Assembly (NCBI GenBank): GCA_049975485.1
Contig: JBNGDC010000005.1
Span: 25,928 to 89,927 of the forward strand
DNA: 64,000 nt
From: Phycisphaerae bacterium
GTDB taxonomy: Bacteria > Planctomycetota > Phycisphaerae > SM23-33
Reading direction: 5' to 3'
In this document: positions 48,212 through 57,001 of the stretch, one piece after another
How the letters are laid out: each line of letters begins with the position of its first letter
Position numbering within the stretch: the first letter of the stretch is position 1
Notes under the pieces: generated by a model
The model's database searches: none
What the model was told of the DNA's origin: nothing
Seen by the model: the letters and a program-made list of their open reading frames with translations, nothing else
Translations under genes and position numbers: made by a program

Positions 48212-48356
48212 CAGCCGGCATGGTCTGGACCAATGCGCCCGGAGTCTGCGCCGTTCGAGCCGTCCGGCGTCAATTTTCTCGGCGCGGTGTAAGATTTTTC
48301 ACCCTCCACACGGCGCATCCCTGTCTATAAGTTGTTTTTACATCGGCTATTAAGTT

Positions 48357-48372
48357 TGGCACGTCGTATGCA
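48357..48372 (+). promoter_or_regulatory. Sigma-54 promoter upstream of fliO-fliPQR-flhBA-fliA
   Basis: TGGCACGTCGTATGCA (one mismatch at -14). It lies 48 nt upstream of the fliO ATG, in a 208-bp AT-enriched gap. Confidence 0.6.
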
Positions 48373-48419
48373 CTGCCTCTGGAGCGTACGTGGACTGTGC
48401 GCCCGGAGTGCAGGGAGAG

Positions 48420-48968
48420 ATGGCCATTACGAGACGTGTCAGACTGCTGTTGGCGGCATTGGTTGGGCTGGTGGCTCTGTCTGCGGTTTCCGCCGACGAA
48501 CCGACCACGCGCGCTGCCACCGGACCGTCCGCCAGTACACGCCCGACGGCCTCACAGCCGGCGGCCTCGCAGCCCTCGGGTGCCGCGGCCGAAACACCTT
48601 CCCCGAAGAATTCCCGCAAAGACCCCTTTGACCAGGACGGTGGCAACGGCACGGGATTCGCCGACACCGGCGAGATGCTATGGAAGATGATGGCCTCGCT
48701 GATGGTGCTGGCCGTGCTGGCCGTTGCGGCGTGGGTGGTCTTTCGCAAGGTCGTTCCCCGCATCGGTCAAACGTCCGGCCGAAGGGTTCGTCTGCTGGAG
48801 ACGACGTACGTCGGTCCGCGAAAGGCCGTCCATCTGCTTCAGGTGGGGCGCAGACGACTGCTGATAAGCAGCTCGCGTGAGGAGGTCTCTCTGCTGGCGG
48901 ATGTTACCGACGCGGTGGAGGGTGAACCGTCACCAGGCCGTCAGGAGCGCAGCGGCAATGCGTCGTAG
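48420..48968 (+). CDS. fliO: FliO/FliZ-type export-gate assembly protein
   Basis: 182 aa from MAITRRVRLLL. TM helix MASLMVLAVLAVAAWVVF, then VRLLETTYVGPRKAVHLLQVGRRRLLISSSREEVSLL. Confidence 0.7.
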   Translation: MAITRRVRLLLAALVGLVALSAVSADEPTTRAATGPSASTRPTASQPAASQPSGAAAETPSPKNSRKDPFDQDGGNGTGFADTGEMLWKMMASLMVLAVLAVAAWVVFRKVVPRIGQTSGRRVRLLETTYVGPRKAVHLLQVGRRRLLISSSREEVSLLADVTDAVEGEPSPGRQERSGNAS

Positions 48969-49752
48969 CTTACTGACAACTGCGGTGTTGCTGGCGGTGC
49001 TTGTGCCGTCGCTTCCGGCCGCGGCGCAGCAGGCCGACGGCGCCGACGATGCTCCGTCCAATGGTGCGGTGGACGACGTACTCGACGCCATCAACAAGAT
49101 GTCCAGCCCGCCGCCGGAAGGTCCGGATTGGTCCGCGCCGGTGAAAATCGCCGTAATCTTCGCCGCCCTGGCGGTTTTGCCGAGCTTGCTGGTGATGGTT
49201 ACCTCCTTCACCCGAATCGTCATCGTGCTGGCGTTCATCCGCCGGGCCCTGACAACCCAGAACATACCGCCGACGGTGGCGATCATCGGACTGGCGCTGT
49301 TTCTGACGTTGTTCACGATGGCCCCGACCTTTGGCGTCATCAACGAACGGGCCGTCCAGCCATACGTCAACGATGAGATAACCTTCCCGGAGGCGATTTC
49401 CGAGAGCTTCGACGCCCTGAAGGAGTTTATGCTCCGCCAGACACGCAACTCGGACCTGGCGCTGTTTACCGAGATCGCCGACCTGGGCGAGCCGCAGAGC
49501 GTCGAAGACCTTCCCATGCACGTGGTGGTGCCCTCGTTCGCCATCAGCGAGTTCCGCACGGCCTTCGAGATGGGCTGCCTGATATTCATCCCGTTTCTGA
49601 TGATAGACCTGGTAACGGCGGGCATCCTGCTCAGCGCGGGCATGATGATGCTGCCGCCGGTGATCATTTCCCTGCCGTTCAAGATAATCCTGTTCGTGTT
49701 GGTGGACGGCTGGCAACTGGTCGCCCGGACACTGGTTTCGAGCTTTAACTGA
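48958..49752 (+). CDS. fliP: Export gate protein FliP
   Basis: Start MRRSLLTTAVLLAVL (signal-like). LVMVTSFTRIVIVLAFIRRALTTQNIPP, and GMMMLPPVIISLPFKIILFVLVDGW. Confidence 0.95.
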   Translation: MRRSLLTTAVLLAVLVPSLPAAAQQADGADDAPSNGAVDDVLDAINKMSSPPPEGPDWSAPVKIAVIFAALAVLPSLLVMVTSFTRIVIVLAFIRRALTTQNIPPTVAIIGLALFLTLFTMAPTFGVINERAVQPYVNDEITFPEAISESFDALKEFMLRQTRNSDLALFTEIADLGEPQSVEDLPMHVVVPSFAISEFRTAFEMGCLIFIPFLMIDLVTAGILLSAGMMMLPPVIISLPFKIILFVLVDGWQLVARTLVSSFN

Positions 49753-49759
49753 CTACGCC

Positions 49760-50029
49760 ATGGACAGCCAATTTGTGCTCTATATCGGTAAGGAGGCGCT
49801 GCAGACGGCGCTGCTGATAGCCGCGCCCGTGCTGATTATCACGCTGGTGGTCGGCTTTCTGGTGGCCATGCTGCAGGCAGTCACGTCCATCCGCGACATG
49901 ACCATGGGACTGGTCCTGAAACTGGCGACCGTGGGTCTGTGCCTGCTGATTTTCGGCGGATGGATGATGAAGGTGGCCGTGGGATTCACCACGCAGATAT
50001 TCAGCCACATGGCCGCCATGGGACACTGA
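49760..50029 (+). CDS. fliQ: Export gate protein FliQ
   Basis: 89 aa. LLIAAPVLIITLVVGFLVAMLQAVTSIRDMTM. Confidence 0.95.
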   Translation: MDSQFVLYIGKEALQTALLIAAPVLIITLVVGFLVAMLQAVTSIRDMTMGLVLKLATVGLCLLIFGGWMMKVAVGFTTQIFSHMAAMGH

Positions 50030-50031
50030 TC

Positions 50032-50784
50032 ATGGAGACGTTCATCATACTGCTGCTGCCGACGCTGATGATGCTGGCGAGGATCAGCGCGTTCTTTGCG
50101 GTGCTGCCGATCTTCTCCTGGCAGGCGCTGCCGCGGATGGTCCGCGCGTCCATCGCGCTGTCGGTTACGATATTCTTCCTGGCGGTTCGTCCGGTGGGCA
50201 TTGCGGCGGGTCCTGTGCCGTGGATGGCGGCCGTGCTGATGATAGTCCAGGAAGCCACCTGGGGACTGGTGTTCGGTCTGGTGCTGCGGCTGGTTTACTC
50301 GGCGGTGGAGCAGGGCGGGCGGATCGTCGAGCAGCAGATGGGCACCGCCGACGCGGGGGTCTTCGACCCGGTCACCGGACAGCATGGACAGGCGATGGGA
50401 ACGTTCTTCCACATAACATACAGTCTGCTGTTTCTGGTGGCGGGCGGGCATCACCTTTTCCTGCGGTTTCTGGACGGCACTTTCGATGCGTTTCCGCTCG
50501 GCTCGGCGCCGGACCCCGCCGCGATGGCCAGTGGCATGGTCTCGGCCGGCTCCGCCATGCTCCAGTTCGCGCTGAAGCTGGCCGCTCCGGTGCTGGCGGC
50601 GTTTCTGCTGCTGTCGGTCGTGCTGGCGATATTGGCGCGTGTGCTGCCGGAGATGAACATTCTGCTGGCGAGCTTCCCGCTGCGCGTGGGCATGGGGCTG
50701 TTCATAGCGGCGGCCGTTATGCCCACGCTGCACGCGTTTACAGGTGAGATTGCCGATTGGATGAAGCGCTTTCTGATGTCCTGA
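50032..50784 (+). CDS. fliR: Export gate protein FliR
   Basis: 250 aa from METFIILLLPTLMMLARISAFFAVLPIF. Confidence 0.9.
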   Translation: METFIILLLPTLMMLARISAFFAVLPIFSWQALPRMVRASIALSVTIFFLAVRPVGIAAGPVPWMAAVLMIVQEATWGLVFGLVLRLVYSAVEQGGRIVEQQMGTADAGVFDPVTGQHGQAMGTFFHITYSLLFLVAGGHHLFLRFLDGTFDAFPLGSAPDPAAMASGMVSAGSAMLQFALKLAAPVLAAFLLLSVVLAILARVLPEMNILLASFPLRVGMGLFIAAAVMPTLHAFTGEIADWMKRFLMS

Positions 50785-50800
50785 CACTGACTTAAGTTAA

Positions 50801-51886
50801 ATGGCCGAACAGGATCAATCTTCAGCCGACCGGACCGAGGAACCAACACCGGAAAGGTTGCGGCGCGCACGCGAGCAGGGACAGGTTCCCCAGAGCAAGG
50901 AGGTGCCCTCGGCGCTTCTGCTGCTGGTGTTGCTGCTGCTGATGGCGGCGTTGGCTCCGATGCTCTATGAGTACTTCCACACGCTGATTACCGACTCGCT
51001 GACATTCGACAGGGTCGGACCCAACACTTCGGACGCCTTCATGCAGGTCTTCCGCGACAAGAGCCGGGCCACCATGCTCATGCTGGTTCCCTTCCTCGTG
51101 GTGGGGATGGCGGTATCGGCATTGAGCAGCGTGCTGGTCGGCGGATGGGCCTTTTCGCCCAAGGGCATCCGCCTGAACCTGAACCAGATCAACCCTGTCC
51201 GCGGCTTCAAGCAGCTCTTCTCACTCAAATCGGTCATGAACCTCGTCGTCTCGGTGCTCAAGCTGACACTGGTACTGGTGCTGGTGTACAGCTTCGTACG
51301 CGGCAAGCTCGACGAGATAGTCGCACTGGAATGGACGACGGCCGAGGGGCTGTTGGTGGCGATTTCGCGTCTGGTGTTCTCCCTGGTCATCCGCATCGTG
51401 GCGGGACTGTTGCTGATTGCGGGCATCGACTGGCTCTACCAGAAGTGGAACTACAAGCGTCAACTGCGAATGACCCGCCGGGAGATAAAAGAGGAGCGCA
51501 AGCAGTACGAGGTGTCCCCGGAATACCGCGGCCGCATCCGCCAGGTGCAGATGAGCATGGCGCGGAAGCGCATGCTCCAGTCGGTCCCCGATGCGGACGT
51601 GGTGGTGACCAACCCCGAACACGTGGCCGTGGCGCTGAAATACGACTCCGACGAGATGGAAGCCCCGCAGGTGGTCGCCAAGGGCGCGGACCTGCTGGCC
51701 GGCAGGATCCGCGAAATAGCCCGCGCCCACGACGTGCCCATCGTACGACGGCCGGAACTGGCGAGGACACTCTACGCCGGCTGCGAGGTGGGCGAGTTCG
51801 TGCCCGAGACGCTCTACCTGGCGGTTGCCGAAGTGCTGGCGACCATCTATCGCCTCCGCCGCAAGGCGCCCAGTAACGCAAGATGA
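50801..51886 (+). CDS. flhB: Export switch protein FlhB
   Basis: 361 aa. DRTEEPTPERLRRAREQGQVPQSKE, RMTRREIKEERKQYEVSPE, and an autocleavage-site variant NPEH. Confidence 0.95.
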   Translation: MAEQDQSSADRTEEPTPERLRRAREQGQVPQSKEVPSALLLLVLLLLMAALAPMLYEYFHTLITDSLTFDRVGPNTSDAFMQVFRDKSRATMLMLVPFLVVGMAVSALSSVLVGGWAFSPKGIRLNLNQINPVRGFKQLFSLKSVMNLVVSVLKLTLVLVLVYSFVRGKLDEIVALEWTTAEGLLVAISRLVFSLVIRIVAGLLLIAGIDWLYQKWNYKRQLRMTRREIKEERKQYEVSPEYRGRIRQVQMSMARKRMLQSVPDADVVVTNPEHVAVALKYDSDEMEAPQVVAKGADLLAGRIREIARAHDVPIVRRPELARTLYAGCEVGEFVPETLYLAVAEVLATIYRLRRKAPSNAR

Positions 51887-54012
51887 GTGAAGAGACCCAA
51901 CAACTCGGAACGTACCTGCTGGACCGGTCGAACAGCCGGCTGACGCGCATGCTGGCCCACAACGACATCATGTTCGCCATCGGGCTGGGCATGGTGCTGG
52001 CCACGCTGTTGATACCGCTGCCCACGTTCATGCTGGACATGATGCTGTCCATCAGCATCGCGGTCGCGGTCGCCACGATGGTGGTGGTGCTGAGTACCGA
52101 GGAACCCATCCAGTTCTCGGCGTTTCCTTCGCTTCTGCTGTTCGTGACGCTGTTCCGCCTGTCGCTGAACGTGGCATCAACGCGCCTGATACTGCTGCAG
52201 GGCGACGCCGGCAGGATCATCGCCACGTTCGGGCACTTTGTGGTCGGCGGCAACATGGTCATCGGACTGGTGGTGTTCCTGATCCTGGTGATCATCCAGT
52301 TCGTGGTCATCACCAAGGGCGCCGAGCGCATCAGCGAGGTGGCCGCCCGCTTCAACCTCGACGCCATGCCGGGCAAGCAGATGGCCATCGACGCCGACCT
52401 CAACGCCGGGCTTATCGGCGAGAGGGACGCCAAGTATCGACGCGAGAAGATCGTCGCCGAAAGCGAGTTCTACGGCTCCATGGACGGTGCCAGCAAGTTC
52501 ATCCGCGGCGACGCCATCGCCGGTCTGGTGATAACGGCCGTCAACCTTATCGGCGGCTTCCTCATCGGCATCACCCGCGGCATGACACCGGCCGAGTCCG
52601 TCTCGACGTACTCCATACTCGCCGTCGGCGACGGTCTGGTAACGCAGATACCCGCCATCGTCATTGCGACCTCGGCGGGCTTCCTCATCAGCAAATCCTC
52701 CAGCCACCAGAGCTTGAGCCAGGAGCTGGTGCGGCAGTTCCTCGCGCGGAGCCGCCCGTTGGGTGTGGCGGCGTTCCTATTTGCGGCCATGGTGTTCGTG
52801 CCGAATTTCCCCAAGGTTCCCTTCGTCGTCCTGGCGCTGGGGACGGGGTTGCTGTCGCGGGCGCTTGCCCGACTGGAGCAGCAGTCCCGCCAGGCCGCCC
52901 GCAAGAGCGAGCAGAAGGAAGAATCCGAGGAGCAGCCGGTCGAAGAACTGCTGGACGTGGACACACTGTCCGTCCAGGTGGGACCGCGGCTGATACAGAC
53001 CGTGGACCCGCGGCGGAAGGGCAGCTTATCGCAGCGCATCAAGCCGCTGCGGCGTAAATTCGCCGAGCAGTACGGCATCGTCCTGCCGCTGGTGCGGCTG
53101 CGTGACAACGTTTCGCTGGACCCGAACGTCTATCAGATACGCCTGTACAACCACGTGGTCGCGGAGGGTCGGCTGGAGCCGGACAAGTTGCTGGCGATGG
53201 ACCCCGGAACCGTGCAGAAGCGCGTGGACGGACAGGCCGCCGAAGAGCCTGTCTTCAACCTGCCGGCTTTGTGGATCTCCAGGGACAAGAAGGACGAGGC
53301 CGAGATGGCCGGCTATACCGTCGTGGACCCCGAGACGGTGATGGTTACCCACCTGTCCGAGACGCTGCGCCGGCACGCCCACGAGCTGCTCAGTCGCGAC
53401 GACGTGCAGCAACTGGTGGACCGCCTGCGGGCGAAGCAGCCCGCCCTGGTGGATACGGTCGTCGGCGACCTGGTTCCGCTGGGCCTGCTGCACCGCGTGT
53501 TGCAGCGTCTGTTGGCCGACGGCATCCCCATCCGCGACCTCAAGCAGATACTCGAGACGCTCGGCGACCACGCCGCCCAGACAAAGGATCCCGTCGCGCT
53601 TACCGAGCGGGTTCGCAAGGCCATCGCGCGTGCCATTACCGAGCAGCACCGCAACGCGCAGGGCTGCCTGGAGGCGATTACGCTCGACACATCACTGGAG
53701 TACGACCTTCGCAGCAAGGCCTCCCAGGACGCCGACGGACTGTCGGTGGACCCCAACCGTGCGTTGGCGCTTATCCAGCGTATCGCCGATGTGTGGAAAG
53801 AGGCGATGGCCGCCGGACACGACAAGGTTGTTCTGCTGTGTGATTCACGCATTCGGCCGCACCTGGCGGCCATGCTCAGCCGCCAGATACCCCAGCTTCC
53901 GGTACTGGCGTACGACGAGATTGAGACCGGCAGCAACGTTCAGACCGTGGGAACGGTAACGCTTGAGACAGAGGCGACGGCAAGCGCGGCTTCGCTGAAG
54001 GCGAGCAACTGA
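51883..54012 (+). CDS. flhA: Export gate protein FlhA
   Basis: 709 aa. FVVGGNMVIGLVVFLILVIIQFVVITKGAERISEVAARFNLDAMPGKQMAIDADL. Confidence 0.95.
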   Translation: MSEETQQLGTYLLDRSNSRLTRMLAHNDIMFAIGLGMVLATLLIPLPTFMLDMMLSISIAVAVATMVVVLSTEEPIQFSAFPSLLLFVTLFRLSLNVASTRLILLQGDAGRIIATFGHFVVGGNMVIGLVVFLILVIIQFVVITKGAERISEVAARFNLDAMPGKQMAIDADLNAGLIGERDAKYRREKIVAESEFYGSMDGASKFIRGDAIAGLVITAVNLIGGFLIGITRGMTPAESVSTYSILAVGDGLVTQIPAIVIATSAGFLISKSSSHQSLSQELVRQFLARSRPLGVAAFLFAAMVFVPNFPKVPFVVLALGTGLLSRALARLEQQSRQAARKSEQKEESEEQPVEELLDVDTLSVQVGPRLIQTVDPRRKGSLSQRIKPLRRKFAEQYGIVLPLVRLRDNVSLDPNVYQIRLYNHVVAEGRLEPDKLLAMDPGTVQKRVDGQAAEEPVFNLPALWISRDKKDEAEMAGYTVVDPETVMVTHLSETLRRHAHELLSRDDVQQLVDRLRAKQPALVDTVVGDLVPLGLLHRVLQRLLADGIPIRDLKQILETLGDHAAQTKDPVALTERVRKAIARAITEQHRNAQGCLEAITLDTSLEYDLRSKASQDADGLSVDPNRALALIQRIADVWKEAMAAGHDKVVLLCDSRIRPHLAAMLSRQIPQLPVLAYDEIETGSNVQTVGTVTLETEATASAASLKASN

Positions 54013-54041
54013 GGCGCTGCCGTTACAGATGACGGAGAGAC

Positions 54042-54278
54042 GTGAGACAGGCATCGGTCATCATGGCGGTCATCGGCTTTTTCGTGGTGGCCTTCGTGGG
54101 CACGGTCAGCGGCGTGCCGGCGCACGTGTGCAGTCTGCGAGCACTGGCCGGCGCCGCGGTGATGTACGTGTTGACCCGCTTCTGTGGCCAGGTGGTCGTA
54201 CGTGTGGTGGCCGACGCCGCGGTCCGCAGCATGAACCTGCAACAGCAAAAGGGCGCCAGTGACAACAGCAGAGAGTAA
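54042..54278 (+). CDS. Small two-TM membrane protein, unknown function
   Basis: 78 aa (GTG start; an alternative ATG lies at 54063). VIMAVIGFFVVAFVGTVSGV and LAGAAVMYVLTRFCGQVVV. It overlaps the fliA start by 20 nt and sits where flhF/flhG are often found. Confidence 0.4.
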   Translation: MRQASVIMAVIGFFVVAFVGTVSGVPAHVCSLRALAGAAVMYVLTRFCGQVVVRVVADAAVRSMNLQQQKGASDNSRE

Positions 54279-55041
54279 AACCCAGACCGGACCCGACGAC
54301 GCGCTGAGGGCACGTGCGACACAAGTGTACGCCCAGCAGTCGCGACAGGCCCGCGAGCAGCAGTGGATACTACAGTATCTCCCGCTGGTCCGGCACGTGG
54401 TGTCCAAGGTTACGGCCCGGCTGTCGCACCGCAGGGACATCGACGACCTGATATCCGCCGGGACGCTGGGGCTGGTAAAGGCGGCCCGGGCATACGACCC
54501 CTCGCAGGAAACCTCGTTCAAGACCTACGCCTATATCCGCATCCGCGGGGCGGTGATCGACGAACTGCGGGGGCGGACCTTTGCACCGGCCGGCATCCAC
54601 GCCCGCGTGAGGCAGGCCAAGGAGGCCTACGAGCAGTGCGTCGCCGAGCTGGGCAGGCCCCCCGCGGACGAAGAGCTGGCCGAGAAATTGAAGGTCTCGC
54701 TCGATGAGCTTTACAGCATGTTCGAAGACATGCGGAAGCAGCACTTTCTGTCGATCCACGGGCTAAGCGACGAGGAGCCGGCGCTTATGGAGCGACTGGC
54801 ACCCACGGACGACGAACCATCCCCCGCCGACAAGGCCGAGCGTAAGGAAACCCTCGAGCGACTGGTCAAGGCCATCCGTGAGTTGCCCGAGCGCGACCGC
54901 ATCGTGATTCTCCTGTACTACGAGCGCGATTTGACCATGAAGGAAGCGGCCGAGGTGCTCGAGGTTACCGAGTCGCGGGTCAGTCAGTTGCACGCCGGGG
55001 CACTGTTCAAACTGGCTATGAAGCTCAGGGAGGCATCGTGA
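54259..55041 (+). CDS. fliA: Flagellar sigma factor sigma-28
   Basis: 260 aa. YLPLVRHVVSKV, DLISAGTLGLVKAARAYDP...FKTYAYIRIRGAVIDELR, and the region 4 motif MKEAAEVLEVTESRVSQLH. Confidence 0.9.
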   Translation: MTTAESKTQTGPDDALRARATQVYAQQSRQAREQQWILQYLPLVRHVVSKVTARLSHRRDIDDLISAGTLGLVKAARAYDPSQETSFKTYAYIRIRGAVIDELRGRTFAPAGIHARVRQAKEAYEQCVAELGRPPADEELAEKLKVSLDELYSMFEDMRKQHFLSIHGLSDEEPALMERLAPTDDEPSPADKAERKETLERLVKAIRELPERDRIVILLYYERDLTMKEAAEVLEVTESRVSQLHAGALFKLAMKLREAS

Positions 55042-55352
55042 TGGCCGGGTCCGACTATTCATTGCGGGGTGCGGGCGAGATACGCGGTTTGCCGTCGGTC
55101 GCCCAGCACGACAGCGGCGTCCGTGACCGGGGCCCGAAACGCATCCAGCGCCGTCGGCAAAAGCGGCGTCGCCGGGAAGATGCCGAGCAGGAACCGGCCG
55201 AGACGCCGGAAGAGCTTGAGGAGCCGTTCGAGATTGTTGAGCCGGACGACCAGGGCGGGCAGAAGCAGGACCGCTCCGACGACAAAGACGGGCAGGATGA
55301 TGACGCCGGACGGGACGACCGCGAGCCGCCCAAGGTGGACATTTATGCATAA
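55041..55352 (+). CDS. Highly charged disordered protein (basic patch plus acidic tail), translationally coupled to fliA
   Basis: 103 aa. The ATG shares its A with the fliA TGA (GTGATG). GGGAGG SD 8 nt upstream. High GC3. RIQRRRQKRRRRED, then an E/D/P-rich tail. Confidence 0.55.
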   Translation: MAGSDYSLRGAGEIRGLPSVAQHDSGVRDRGPKRIQRRRQKRRRREDAEQEPAETPEELEEPFEIVEPDDQGGQKQDRSDDKDGQDDDAGRDDREPPKVDIYA

Positions 55353-55406
55353 GCTGATTTCAGGACAAGGCCTATGGTCGGCTAGGTGCCGGCATGGGGA
55401 GGCGAA

Positions 55407-55679
55407 ATGAGCCATTCATCGCCTCTGATACTGAAGAAGGGCGAGTTTCGCACCGGCGGTCCCCGGGCGTTGCCGGTGCCCGGCGCGGGCGGGGTGGCGA
55501 CGCCGTCGGCCAGGGCCAGGATTACCCGCAAGACCGCCGACGGTGCGGTCATAGAAGTCATATGCGGCTGCGGACAGCGCATCGAGCTGCACTGCCGGTG
55601 GGACGCACCGGTCGCCGCCTCCGCCGGCGCCGAAGGTCAACAAGGAAACGGACAGCCAACAGTTCAGGAGCAGGGATGA
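55407..55679 (+). CDS. Small protein with a CGCG...C motif, unknown function
   Basis: 90 aa from MSHSSPLILKKGEF (GGGGAGG SD 5 nt upstream). ADGAVIEVICGCGQRIELHCRW. The stop overlaps the next start (ATGATGA). Confidence 0.5.
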   Translation: MSHSSPLILKKGEFRTGGPRALPVPGAGGVATPSARARITRKTADGAVIEVICGCGQRIELHCRWDAPVAASAGAEGQQGNGQPTVQEQG

Positions 55680-56245
55680 TGAGAAATACAATGGTGTTAA
55701 TAACGGCTGCACTGGTTCTTGCAGCGGTCGGTTGCGACGAGCAGATGTCCTACCGGGACCGCACCCCGCCGCCGAACGCATCCCAGCCGGCCCGGGGCAA
55801 CGTGGAATACCTGGCCGATTCCTCGGTGGCTCGCGACGATGAAAGCTCCGCTTCGCCGTCGGCCGTTGAGGACGCTCTGCGGTGGTCGCGGAAGTATTCC
55901 GAGACGGCCGAGAAACTGGTCTCCGCCCAGCAGGAGCTGCACAGCGCCAGAGAGGAGAAGCAGGAGCTTCTGGCTCAGGTGGCCCGGCTTCAGACGGAGC
56001 TGGACCGCGCCAAGCAGGAACTGCGTGAGGCCAACCAGATGCTCATCGAGATGCGGGAGGAGCTGAACCACTGGAAGACAAACGTCCTGGGCTATCGCGA
56101 CGAGATGCTCCGTGCACAGGAAGCCCAGCTTGAGCGTCTCCAGGAGATCATCGAACTCCTCGGCGGACATGTCCCGCCGCCGGCGGGCGAAGCGGCCGAG
56201 GCGGACGCGGGCGAAGAAGGAGCCGGCAGTGCAAGCGCCTCTTAG
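55676..56245 (+). CDS. Coiled-coil lipoprotein, unknown function
   Basis: 189 aa. MMRNTMVLITAALVLAAVGC (lipobox), followed by a long heptad region (ELHSAREEKQELLAQVARLQTELDRAKQELREANQMLIEMREEL). Confidence 0.6.
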   Translation: MMRNTMVLITAALVLAAVGCDEQMSYRDRTPPPNASQPARGNVEYLADSSVARDDESSASPSAVEDALRWSRKYSETAEKLVSAQQELHSAREEKQELLAQVARLQTELDRAKQELREANQMLIEMREELNHWKTNVLGYRDEMLRAQEAQLERLQEIIELLGGHVPPPAGEAAEADAGEEGAGSASAS

Positions 56246-56957
56246 CAAAGAAATTGCGTTTATACTGGCAGCGGCTCTCTCGGCCATGACTGCGGGCTGC
56301 GGGCCCGAGGCGACCGAACCGGCGGCGATCGGGCACTATCTGCACTCGCCCGAAAGCGTCTCCAGACTCGGGCGGGTGGTATTTGTGGAACTGGGCGACC
56401 GCGGCGGCGATGAGGAATTTGCCCAGACCATGACCGATGCCATCAGCCGGTCTGTTCGCGACAGGAAGCTTTTCCATGTCGATGTGCTCCGGCGGAGCGA
56501 GCCGGTCTGCCGCATACTGCCGGTGGACAAGCGCAGCGCCCTTACCTATCAAGAGGTTATGGAGATGCGCCGTCTGCTCAACTGCGAGGCCGTATTGTTC
56601 GGCTGGGTGGACCGCTACTCGCCGTATCCGCACATGGAAACGGGCATTTACCTGCGATTGCTGGACTTGAACCGCGGGCAGGTGGTCTGGGGTGTGGATC
56701 ACGTCTGGGATACGGGCGACAAGAGTGTCGAGCGGCGTATACGGGATTTCTACTACGCCGAATCCGCCGACGGCCTGGAGCCGGCCGAGTGGCGTCTGGC
56801 GCTGATGAGTCCGCGGGCGTTCGGGCGATTCGTTGCCTTCGAGATCGGTCGGACACTGCCGAACTCCGAGTCGGCCGAAGCGCTGGACGAGCGGGTGCGG
56901 CGCGAGAAACGTCGCCGGGTGCTCGAAGAAATGGGTGAGAAACTGGAAGATTTGTAG
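56229..56957 (+). CDS. Lipoprotein with a possible LpoB/CsgG/FlgO-like fold, unknown function
   Basis: 242 aa, GTG start. IAFILAAALSAMTAGC (lipobox). GRVVFVELGDRGGDEEFAQTMTDAISRSV...CEAVLFGWVDRY...IYLRLLDLNRGQVVWG resembles the alpha/beta sandwich pattern of that family; this was judged by eye only. Confidence 0.55.
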   Translation: MQAPLSKEIAFILAAALSAMTAGCGPEATEPAAIGHYLHSPESVSRLGRVVFVELGDRGGDEEFAQTMTDAISRSVRDRKLFHVDVLRRSEPVCRILPVDKRSALTYQEVMEMRRLLNCEAVLFGWVDRYSPYPHMETGIYLRLLDLNRGQVVWGVDHVWDTGDKSVERRIRDFYYAESADGLEPAEWRLALMSPRAFGRFVAFEIGRTLPNSESAEALDERVRREKRRRVLEEMGEKLEDL

Positions 56958-56967
56958 CAAAATGGAT

Positions 56968-56994
56968 TCAAGCACACGCCGCGTGTCGCGAAAA
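56968..56994 (+). promoter_or_regulatory. Weak sigma-28-like promoter in front of flgM
   Basis: TCAAGCAC-N11-CGCGAAAA, compared with the two stronger local sites TCAAGTTC-N11-T(C/T)CGATAA. It would give a near-leaderless flgM transcript. Confidence 0.3.
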
Positions 56995-57001
56995 TGCGGG
57001 T

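Noticed and set aside
48248-48277. Possible weak terminator after fliN: GCGCCG-N11-CGGCGT followed by CAATTTT.
   Set aside because: The stem is only 5-6 bp and the T-run is short and interrupted. This is not enough to call, though it would be consistent with the new sigma-54 promoter at 48357.
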